A DNA stretch of 32,000 nt, from the NCBI RefSeq assembly GCF_000025945.1, contig NC_006138.1, positions 2,850,001 through 2,882,000 of the forward strand, written 5' to 3'. The position numbers and the translations under genes are program-made. The notes below the pieces were generated by a model. It was not told the origin of the DNA. It made no database searches and saw only the letters and a list, made by a program, of their open reading frames with translations. The number at the start of each line of letters is the position of its first letter. Position 1 is the first letter of the stretch. Shown in pieces: positions 8,335 to 16,501 of this stretch. The stretch is from Desulfotalea psychrophila LSv54 (lineage in GTDB: Bacteria > Desulfobacterota > Desulfobulbia > Desulfobulbales > Desulfocapsaceae).

Positions 8335-9114
8335 TTCCTGCCTTGTGGCCTCTATCCCCTACAAATTCTTTCTAGGCACCGATTCTTCACATGAGCAGTA
8401 TCGCCTTCTAGCCCTTCGGCAATGTACGATTCCACATTCACGTTACTCCGATGAGCGGCCAAAATCAGCAGACTACCTGTTACAGTCAACCACCGAAAAA
8501 GTGCCCTGTTCCGTCGAACAACTTGTGCTCTGCCTAAAAAGTATTGCAAGTCTTCAAGGTCTCTTTAAATAAACTTCACCCCTTCGCAACTGATATGGCT
8601 TTTGGCACATAACAGTCCCCAACCATCAAAGGTCGGGTCATCCTGGTTTTACCCTCCACACTGTTACCAGCTTTCACAGGCCTGGACTTAATAACTACTA
8701 CGGGATCATCTGCCATCTCACAAAGCTTCGCTTCTGCTCAGGTCACCCCTTGCCATCAGCTATCCTGTAAAAAATTCTAGGAACTCTATAAGACTTCCCC
8801 GGTTAAGGCGAACTCCCTGTGAGCAATCGCATCCTCAAACACGATACGGGACTGACCAAGTATTGGGCTTTACGCTATTTTGCACGTTTACCCTCCCGCA
8901 TCGCCGAATCAGGTTCGCTTGCGCTATGTACCACTCACTTCCTATCGCTTCCTTTAGACCCTGCCGTTACCAACAACGCCCTTACGATTCGGATTGTCTT
9001 CCCCTTGGTCGGGGTGACGCCTGCTTACCGCAGGCTGGGTTTGCCCGCCATGCCGGGCAAACAAAACAGCAGCGGACAGGAGGCCTGCCCACTGCAAAAA
9101 GATTGCAAGAGGGG

Positions 9115-9534
9115 CTAATTCTTAGTTTGCACCAACTCCTTGTATGGCCAGCCACCCATGCCATTTTCAAGGATCATCATTTTTTCAGCCGGAACATTTT
9201 TTGATTCCATATAGTCATAGCAGCGCTTTGCCCCACTCTTCCCACCAGGACAGACCACAACAACCGGACTGCCGCTCTGCTCATAGAGCTTAACAGCCTG
9301 ATCAATTCTTGCCCGTTCCACATCACTTTTGACAGGATAGGCATAGGTGGCAACGGAGCCTGGCAGATGATGCCTGTTAAATTCCTTTTCCACCTGAATA
9401 TCAACAATAATCATGGCACTACCGACGGCAAGATTCTCCTTCACCTGCTTGGCTGATATGTAATTGTAATTTCCGGCAAAAGATGTTGAAGCTACACAGA
9501 GCAGACAAAATACAATGGCAATAATACGTTTCAT
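9115..9534 (-). CDS. Exported rhodanese-like domain protein
   Basis: Start at internal Met (MKRIIAIVFCLLCVASTSFAG signal peptide) is more likely than the ORF start at 9642; rhodanese VVVVCPGGKSGAKR active loop and ENGMGGWP motif. Confidence 0.85.
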   Translation of the reverse strand: MKRIIAIVFCLLCVASTSFAGNYNYISAKQVKENLAVGSAMIIVDIQVEKEFNRHHLPGSVATYAYPVKSDVERARIDQAVKLYEQSGSPVVVVCPGGKSGAKRCYDYMESKNVPAEKMMILENGMGGWPYKELVQTKN

Positions 9535-9955
9535 TCTAAACACTCTCCTTTTCACTATTTTCCATAAACAACTGATACTAATACAGGATGAGCACTCTAC
9601 CCCATAGTTTCTACCAGTACCAATTGGAATAGCGGATAACAACAGCGACTCATATAGAAAAGGGCAATGCCACGAAACCCTATCCCCTGACAGACCTGGC
9701 TCCTAACTGAAATATTTGCGACAAGTGCACAACAGAATCTACTAGCCGGCCCACCCCTTAGTAAGTCAATTATTAAATGAATTTTGTCTGCATTATTGCG
9801 TAAGCCTTCTGAATATGTTCAGTCTCTCTCTATTCATACAATCGTAATCAGTATCAATAGCCCTGAATCTTGGGACTGTTAAATCGACAATGAACCCTTT
9901 GAATAGCCCGAGCAAAGTGCTCTTCTGCCACTTACACCAACCATAAGGAAAAATA

Positions 9956-10585
9956 ATGTCATTTGCTCAACAACTTTGGCAAGAGAACAGAGAGATTGCC
10001 CAGTCCTGTCGTAACCATCCCTTTGTCCGGGGAATAGAAGACGGCTCTTTAGCCAAAAAGCTCTTTTCCTACTATGTGAGTCAAGATGCGTTTTTCCTAA
10101 AGGCCTTTGCCCGGGCATATACCATAGCTGGGGCACGGGTAACCGACTGGAATGATTTCAAGACCCTGCACCACCTGACAGAAGGAGTTCTTGGAGAGCT
10201 ACAGCTTCATGAAGGCTATGCCCGAGAGTGGGGCGTGGATATCACTCAGGTAGAACCCGGCGCTGCAACCCGTCACTATACAGATTTTGTCCTAGCTATA
10301 GCCTGGGGCAAAGAGCTTGGCCAAACCCTTGCCGCCCTTGTACCCTGCATGCGTCTCTATGCTTGGCTTGGCCAAGAACTTGCCAAAACCAACGGGAAAA
10401 AGCATCTCTACAGTAACTGGATCAACACCTATAGCAGTAAAGAAATCGAAGAGCTTGCCTCAGAGCTTGAACGGCTGCTCGTCCTCTATGCAAGCCCTAA
10501 GGATAAACAGATTGCCGAAACTTATAGATATGCAATGGAATGTGAACTGAGGTTTTTCGAAGCCGCCTTGACCTGGGACCTATAG
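9956..10585 (+). CDS. TenA/thiaminase II family protein
   Basis: YYVSQDAFFLKAFARAYTIAG, HHLTEGVLGELQLHEGYAREWG, ALVPCMRLYAWLG and ECELRFFEAAL match the TenA fold. Confidence 0.88.
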   Translation: MSFAQQLWQENREIAQSCRNHPFVRGIEDGSLAKKLFSYYVSQDAFFLKAFARAYTIAGARVTDWNDFKTLHHLTEGVLGELQLHEGYAREWGVDITQVEPGAATRHYTDFVLAIAWGKELGQTLAALVPCMRLYAWLGQELAKTNGKKHLYSNWINTYSSKEIEELASELERLLVLYASPKDKQIAETYRYAMECELRFFEAALTWDL

Positions 10586-10694
10586 CCCCTCTGTTGATTT
10601 AATGACAAGATCCAAACCTCATGACCTAACGACACCGCAGCGAGCTGCTCTCCACCCCCACAAAATGTCACTTTAAGCTGCGAAAAACATTTGG

Positions 10695-11057
10695 TTGTTT
10701 ACTCTAATGACCGCCAGAGTTATTATCCTAAAAGTAACTGATATCATGGCATGTAACGGGCTGAGAAGATGGCAGGAGCAAAACTTAGCGGACCTGCATG
10801 GATTGAAAATAATGTCTTTTCGGAGGAACGCTTGGCTATATAGCCAAATACAACAAAGTGTTATGCTATATTCAGGCGATAGCTATCTGGGACGCCTCAC
10901 AAGTGAAGGTGCCATAATTGCCCTCAACACCTGGATCTCTGGCGTGAGGCAACACTGTCCGCCTGCTACCAAGGCTTTAGGGAAATCTATTTACCAATAT
11001 CCGGTATTTTTCCGGGACTTTAATCAACAACAACATAGTGGAGAGGTACATGAATAA
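10695..11057 (+). CDS. Hypothetical protein, uncertain ORF overlapping the next gene
   Basis: Open frame with several internal Met codons; overlaps the downstream rhodanese ORF start by 20 nt; no recognised motif. Confidence 0.3.
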   Translation: MFTLMTARVIILKVTDIMACNGLRRWQEQNLADLHGLKIMSFRRNAWLYSQIQQSVMLYSGDSYLGRLTSEGAIIALNTWISGVRQHCPPATKALGKSIYQYPVFFRDFNQQQHSGEVHE

Positions 11058-11430
11058 TTTCAATCAAGTATTGCAGGAAATGGATTTTGACTTTCTGGGC
11101 GCAGGTAAGCACTCGATGAGTGTCGAGGCAATGCGTAAGGCACTGGGCAACGACCACTTCCTCTTTCTGGATGTGCGCACGGAGTCAGAGCGAGACTATC
11201 TCAGGCTTCCATTTGCAAGCCATATCCCCTTAAGTGAACTACCGACACGCCTAAAAGAACTGCCTCAAGAGAAATGTATTGTCCCCTTCTGCTCTTCAAT
11301 TTTTCGTGGGGCAGTGGCCTACACCTATCTTCGGGGCAATGGATTCAAAGAGGTTAAAATCCTCACGGCAAGCATGGAAGATATTGTTTCAGCCTTCAAA
11401 CCCGGACCACTGGCCAAAATGTTAGCCTAA
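11038..11430 (+). CDS. Rhodanese-like domain protein
   Basis: FLFLDVRTESERDYLRLPFASHIPLSELPTRLKELP and CX4R loop (FCSSIFRG); GTG start at 11038 or ATG at 11050. Confidence 0.85.
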   Translation: MERYMNNFNQVLQEMDFDFLGAGKHSMSVEAMRKALGNDHFLFLDVRTESERDYLRLPFASHIPLSELPTRLKELPQEKCIVPFCSSIFRGAVAYTYLRGNGFKEVKILTASMEDIVSAFKPGPLAKMLA

Positions 11431-11487
11431 AAATAGCCCCGAAAAGTTCACCTAATAATGCTGATAGTTGATAGAAAAAGGTAGGTC

Positions 11488-12240
11488 GTGATGGATGTTA
11501 CATGCTTAATTATTGTCGTTGTTGCCTTTTCCCTGAGTTTTGTCTTTGCTCTGGGAGGAATCGGTTCTGCCCTGGCACTTATTCCCAGTTTAACCTGGCT
11601 GGGTCTTCCATTTGCCCAGGCGAGGGCAATCGGCCTCTTTGTCAATACAGTGAGTATGGCCGGGGCGACCTACTCCAATATAAGGAACAGGCGTCTTGAT
11701 TTTCGTCTGGGAATCCCCATCATTCTCCCATCGATTATCCTTGCACCGGTGGGAGCATGGACGGGACATTTTATAGAGACGCGCTACCTGCTTATGGTCT
11801 TTATCGCCTTTCTTTCTTTCTCCGGGTTGATGATGCTGCTGTTCAAGGGATCGAAATACGCAAATCAATACCGGGAAGACAGACCCATTACCGGCCCCCT
11901 GCTGACGGGGATTGCAGCAGGCTTTCTCTCGGGACTGCTGGGGGTAGGTGGGGGGGGACTCATTTCACCGCTTATGATTCTGCAGGGATTCAACCCGAAA
12001 AAAGTTGCGGCAATAACAGCCTTTGCCGTCCCCTTCTCTTCACTTTCGGCATTTATCACCTATGCCCTTATGGGCTCTGTCCCCTGGGGGATTCTCCTCT
12101 ATGCAGGGCCTGCAGCATGGCTGGGTGGTTATCTTGGCACCATGGTCATGCACCAAAAAATGCACCCTGGAACCGTCAAAAAATTTCTTGGGGTGGTTCT
12201 TCTATTGCTCGCCTTGCGCTTCATCCTTTCAATCTCTTAA
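11488..12240 (+). CDS. TSUP (TauE/SafE) family permease
   Basis: FVFALGGIGSALALIPSLTWLG, GLLSGLLGVGGGGLISPLMILQGFNPKKVAAITAFAVPFSS, GGYLGT. Confidence 0.9.
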   Translation: MMDVTCLIIVVVAFSLSFVFALGGIGSALALIPSLTWLGLPFAQARAIGLFVNTVSMAGATYSNIRNRRLDFRLGIPIILPSIILAPVGAWTGHFIETRYLLMVFIAFLSFSGLMMLLFKGSKYANQYREDRPITGPLLTGIAAGFLSGLLGVGGGGLISPLMILQGFNPKKVAAITAFAVPFSSLSAFITYALMGSVPWGILLYAGPAAWLGGYLGTMVMHQKMHPGTVKKFLGVVLLLLALRFILSIS

Positions 12241-12264
12241 AAGAGGACAAGTTCACGCCCTGAC

Positions 12265-12300
12265 AAAAAAGTGCATGCTCTAAATTCATAGAGCATGCAC
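12265..12300 (-). terminator. Rho-independent terminator for the minus-strand activase/dehydratase operon
   Basis: GTGCATGCTCTA (12271-12282)/TAGAGCATGCAC (12289-12300) perfect 12-bp stem; A-run on + strand gives a T-tail on minus. Confidence 0.9.
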
Positions 12301-12309
12301 AGATAGCAA

Positions 12310-13074
12310 TTAGCCCAGATCAAGGGCCAAAAGGGCAGCACCAAAGGCACCTATATACTGAGGATTCTCCGGGACAAGGATGGTACGTTCTAGCTTTTCA
12401 GCGAGCAACTGAACGATACAGCTATTTTTTGCCACCCCACCGGTAAAGACAATATCGCCCTCGCGGGAGACACGGTTCACCATCCCCGCTGCTCGCCGCA
12501 CCACACTATCGTGAAGGCCACGAGCAATATCACAACGGTTCTCTCCCCTGGCAATAAGAGATGTCACCTCAGATTCGGCAAAGACCGTACACATACTGGA
12601 GACATGGACATCACTCCCGCCGCTTAGGGCCTGCGCCCCGAAATCGGCTATAGCAAAGCCCAGGGCCCTGGACATAATTTCAAGAAACTTGCCCGTACCT
12701 GCCGCACAACGGTCATTCATCTCGAATTTTTTCACCCTGCCATTTGCCAGAAGCGAAATGGCCTTGCTATCCTGACCACCTATATCGATCACTGACAGGG
12801 CCTCTGGAAAGAAATGCCTGGCCCCCCGGGCATGGGCCTTTATCTCCGTCACCGTTGCCGCATCGAAGGAAATTTCAAAAAGATTACGTCCATAGCCCGT
12901 AGCCATCATACGGTCATAAGAGACATCATGAAGCATTTTCCCGGCCTCAAGCAGAGGATCAAAGCCCGTATCCCCTTGCATACTCTGCACCAGATTACCG
13001 GCTTCATCAAGCACCACCAGCTCAATACTTCGAGAGCCTATATCAATTCCTGCAAAATGCATCTGTTCCCCCAA
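12310..13074 (-). CDS. 2-hydroxyacyl-CoA dehydratase activase-type ATPase (BcrA/BadF/HgdC/YjiL family)
   Basis: GIDIGSRSIELVVLDEAG, GYGRNLFE, HARGARHFFPEALSVIDIGGQDSKAI, MNDRCAAGTGKFLEIM, FTGGVAKN. Confidence 0.93.
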   Translation of the reverse strand: MGEQMHFAGIDIGSRSIELVVLDEAGNLVQSMQGDTGFDPLLEAGKMLHDVSYDRMMATGYGRNLFEISFDAATVTEIKAHARGARHFFPEALSVIDIGGQDSKAISLLANGRVKKFEMNDRCAAGTGKFLEIMSRALGFAIADFGAQALSGGSDVHVSSMCTVFAESEVTSLIARGENRCDIARGLHDSVVRRAAGMVNRVSREGDIVFTGGVAKNSCIVQLLAEKLERTILVPENPQYIGAFGAALLALDLG

Positions 13075-13077
13075 TAA

Positions 13078-14385
13078 TTAGCGAAGCTGTTCAACAAAGG
13101 CCTCAACCCGAGTTTTAAGCTGTCCCATATCTTCCATGCTGTAGTCAGTTTCAAGACGAAGGCAGGGAATCCCCACCTCCTCAAGGCTATTCTCCACCGG
13201 CACAGCCTCCATCAAATAGGGCTGACAGAACTGCAAGCCATAGTGAATAACCCCATCTGCGCCATAGGATTCAACCATCTCTCTAATATGGTCACGACGC
13301 TCACCATTGGGGGTGAAAATGGCACAGTCAACGGCAAAGTATCTATCAACAATGGCATCCATCATTTCAGCAACACTCTCCCCGGATTCATCGGTCAAAT
13401 TACGGGTTCCACGTTCACCTACACAGGATTCCTCACCGACAATAACAGCGCCAAGACCTTCAATGATCATGGGAAGTTTCCAATTTGGCACAGCCTGAGG
13501 ACAACCGGAAATCAAAATACGCGGAGTTCGCGGAGCTGAAACACCCCGTTTTTCGGCAACGCGTTTTTCCAACTCATCACAGAGAAGATGAACAGATTCG
13601 GTAAAACGCTGTGGATTATCATAGAAGAAAATCTGATTGGCCAGGAGGGAATCAAGTCCGGAGATGGGAGCGGGATCAGCCTTACGCAGGGCAAGAAGAC
13701 GATGCATTGCCGCCCGCTTTTTATTAACCAAGACGATGGCATCCCGTAAACTCTCGGCGGTAATCTTCACCCCGGTAAGTACCTCTACCGCATCTTTAAA
13801 ACGAAGATATTCCGCCTTCAAGAGTTCCCGACCCTGGGCAGATTTCACCTGGGGCAAATCCATTATATAGAGGTTGTCAACAAGACCACCAAGGGTTTCA
13901 TAGGCCTTCTTCTTACCATCACAGGTATTCTCTCCAACAACCATATCTGCACTTTCAAGATAAGGGCAGACCTTGGCCAGCTTGAAACCAAAGGATGATT
14001 TAATCAGGGCACAGGTATTTCGGGGCAAGAGCCTCTCGACCTCTTCCATGGCAAAATCGGCACCGGAGCAGAGTCCCACCAGGGTAGCATTGGCAGCAAG
14101 GGCAATTTCTTCGGGGACAAAAACACAGTAGGAGCCAATTATCTTCCGCCCCTCTCTCTTTTCATCCATCAGCTCCTTAATACGCAGACCATGCACCTCG
14201 CTCATAACAAAATCAAAATAGGCCATTGCCTCCGGACGATTTTTCTGAGCCAGATAAATGTCCCTATAGGCATCACCCAAAACAGCAAGCAGGGCATCAT
14301 GTCCCTCTAAATCCACCCCAAGATCCTGCCACATGGCCCGGTAATCTTCACTCATTACATATCTCCTATTGAAAATAATTTTCAC
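13078..14385 (-). CDS. 2-hydroxyacyl-CoA dehydratase family protein (HgdB/YjiM, possible double-cubane cluster protein)
   Basis: Cys-containing blocks GLCSGADF, KVCPYLESADMVVGENTCDGKKKAYE, ISGCPQAVPNWKLP, GEESCVGERG, YGLQFCQPY; adjacent activase. Confidence 0.9.
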   Translation of the reverse strand: MKIIFNRRYVMSEDYRAMWQDLGVDLEGHDALLAVLGDAYRDIYLAQKNRPEAMAYFDFVMSEVHGLRIKELMDEKREGRKIIGSYCVFVPEEIALAANATLVGLCSGADFAMEEVERLLPRNTCALIKSSFGFKLAKVCPYLESADMVVGENTCDGKKKAYETLGGLVDNLYIMDLPQVKSAQGRELLKAEYLRFKDAVEVLTGVKITAESLRDAIVLVNKKRAAMHRLLALRKADPAPISGLDSLLANQIFFYDNPQRFTESVHLLCDELEKRVAEKRGVSAPRTPRILISGCPQAVPNWKLPMIIEGLGAVIVGEESCVGERGTRNLTDESGESVAEMMDAIVDRYFAVDCAIFTPNGERRDHIREMVESYGADGVIHYGLQFCQPYLMEAVPVENSLEEVGIPCLRLETDYSMEDMGQLKTRVEAFVEQLR

Positions 14386-14554
14386 GGATTACCCCTGAGG
14401 ATAATTACTAAAAAAAAGAAAAAGTTCACAGAGGGGAGATTTAATACGTATCGAGCCACAAATCTAACAGGAAATACCTATGGCGCACAGCCCTACTATA
14501 GGAAATACAAATTACTATAATTACTGATTTTTTTACAGAGGAGAGAAATGATGA

Positions 14555-14595
14555 CTCTGGCTGGTCTGGTGCTGAAAAGACCAGACCAGCCAGAG
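14555..14595. repeat. Perfect 16-bp inverted repeat (hairpin) beside the satP-like remnant
   Basis: CTCTGGCTGGTCTGGT (14555-14570)/ACCAGACCAGCCAGAG (14580-14595), 9-nt loop. Confidence 0.9.
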
Positions 14596-14612
14596 GGCGA
14601 ACAAAACTGCTC

Positions 14613-14686
14613 TTAGCCTATGGGCAGAACGGTTCTTTCAAACTGCTCATTAATAATCTCTGCCATGGCAAGATAGATGGCTCTCG
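14613..14686 (-). pseudogene. Remnant of the 3' end of a satP-like acetate/succinate transporter gene
   Basis: Minus-strand translation ARAIYLAMAEIINEQFERTVLPIG* versus SAIYLAMAEVINEQYGRTVLPIG* at the end of the intact gene (19374-19931). Confidence 0.85.
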
Positions 14687-14781
14687 CTAAATCGTGATTT
14701 TTTCATGTGAATCCTCCTGTCATATTTACTGGAAAATTCTACTTTTTACCGCATTGTTTTTTCGGGGGGATTACCAAAAAA

Positions 14782-14811
14782 AAGGGCCGACCTAAATATA
14801 GGTCGGCCCTT
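14782..14811 (-). terminator. Rho-independent terminator for the DUF3360-like permease
   Basis: AAGGGCCGACCTA (14782-14794)/TAGGTCGGCCCTT (14799-14811); T8 on minus strand. Confidence 0.92.
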
Positions 14812-14833
14812 CATACTGTTCTATGTTTATTCT

Positions 14834-16292
14834 TTATTGACCTAGAATAGCAGGTATACCTGGAAGCTGACCAACAAGAGCCAGCGATCCAACACAGATA
14901 ACAAACGCAATCCCTGGGATAATCAGTCTATCTTTGAGAGAAAGTTCACTTGCACGTTCATGGTCACCAATGAGTCCCATATTATCAAGAAGCATAGTAG
15001 TTGCCCAACCAAAAACAGGGTTAACAATGGCACAAGCAAAGATACAGATACCAGCACTAAGGGAATCTTTTTGCTTATTTACCATTTGCATACCAGCTTC
15101 AAGAAGTGGCAAGAAAACACCAACTATGAGAGCTACGCGGAGTACAGGTTCCCACATCGCAAGATCCATCGGATATCCAGTAACAGAGGCAACAACACAG
15201 AGTAGACCTGTAAGAAGTGCACCACCCGGAATAGGGCGCTTAGCAATTGCTGCAGGGATCATATAGGTTCCCCAAGACGAAGCAAGGTTACCACCACCAA
15301 GAACTGAACCAACACCTTGACGAACAGAAGCAATAGTCATGGTATCATCAACATCCATCAATACGCCTTCGGCATCTTTTTGGGTAGTTAAGTTCTTGGA
15401 AAACACGATGGCCGAGATAATCAGGAGACCACATTGCAACGGCAAGCAAAGCAAAAGGAGTTACCGCAATAAATTGGTTAAGATTAGGCCATCCAAGCTG
15501 CCAACCAGTAGTTTCGCCCCACCAGTAAAGTGGACTCATGTGTGGAAGACCTGGAGTTGTAGTAAAATGAAACTCTGCACCAAGTGCAAAAGCAACAACA
15601 CCAGCAATAATAGAACAAACAGGAATTGCAACCCAACGAAGTTTAAGCTTAGCAAGATATGCATAAATCAAAAGGGTAATTCCAATTACAGCAAATGAAA
15701 TATAACCCTGGTCTGTTGAAGCAGCCCAGGCTTCAAGTTTACCAATTTGGCCAATAAGACCAACAGCACCCAGATAAATCAAGAGCCCGCCACGAACACC
15801 AACACCAGTCAGCGTCATTAGCTTAGAGCCACCCTTCGTAAAGGCGAGTATCAGTCCAAAAAATGCCACCATTAAACCGAGAGACAAGGGGTGCCCACCT
15901 GCTGCTGCAATCAGAGGGATGAGCGGAATCATCGGCCCATGGGTCCCCGCAAGATTGGCATTCGGCATAAGAAGAGCAGAAAAGAGAATAACAAAAAGTG
16001 CCCCTATGAGAAGCTCCCAGCGTACGTTCTCGGCAACAAAAGCGGCATCTAAACCATACTCTGTTGCAAAAACAGCTACCATAGCGGTAACCATAACAAC
16101 CTTTCCGATTGTTGCCGCAAGTGCAGGAACCCAATCTTCCAGCTCCACTCCCCAATCACGGATAGGAAGGTTAAATCTCCAACGCTTAAAGCTCATGATT
16201 TTAAGTTCATGATCCAGATACTCAGATCTTTTCTCAAACTCATGGGCTTTTTTGCGCATATCTTTGTAAAACTTTTTTTCCTCTTTAGCCAT
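14834..16292 (-). pseudogene. Polytopic membrane permease resembling DUF3360 family, split by a +1 frameshift
   Basis: ORFs 15348-16292 and 14834-15454 join as ...GHRVFQELNYPK|DAEGVLMDVDDTMTIASVRQGVGSVLGG... if one A is dropped from an A5 run (15377-15381 on + as T5). Confidence 0.8.
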
Positions 16293-16501
16293 CTACACTC
16301 TACTCCATTTTAATAAAATTTTGAAAAATTCACTCTTTCAGTTAATGGTGCGTTTATAGGAGAGGTGAAAAACAGTTTGCAAACACTACAAGGCGATAGT
16401 AATTATTTAAGTTGCAACTATATAGACCACGCTTCCTAACGCTCTTTGTTTTTTCTAACGAACAGAGCTACAAGAATATACTCAACCTATTAGTTTAATT
16501 T

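Larger units (their letters stand above)
6974..9094 (-). mobile_element. Group II intron with maturase ORF (boundaries proposed)
   Basis: Domain V at 7021-7051, domain VI hairpin adjacent, branch A (6980) 7 nt from proposed 3' end ...CCCTAC; proposed 5' end GTGGG at 9094 supported by 7-bp IBS1 TTTTGCA/EBS1 TGCAAAA pairing. 3' end fairly secure, 5' end tentative. Confidence 0.75.

Noticed and set aside
8001-9204. Small ORFs 8001-8192, 8189-8572, 8352-8549, 8819-9118, 8863-9204, 8982-9170
   Set aside because: They lie in or opposite the intron RNA domains and maturase gene and have no recognisable protein motifs.
9643-9955. TPP riboswitch upstream of the TenA-like gene
   Set aside because: The CUGAGA and ACCUGAUCUGG core elements were not found on the + strand. 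A GGGCAATGCCACGAAACCC stretch was noted but does not match a known class by eye.
10695-11057. Possible novel gene immediately upstream of the rhodanese
   Set aside because: No motif, uncertain start and overlap with the next ORF; kept only as a low-confidence CDS.
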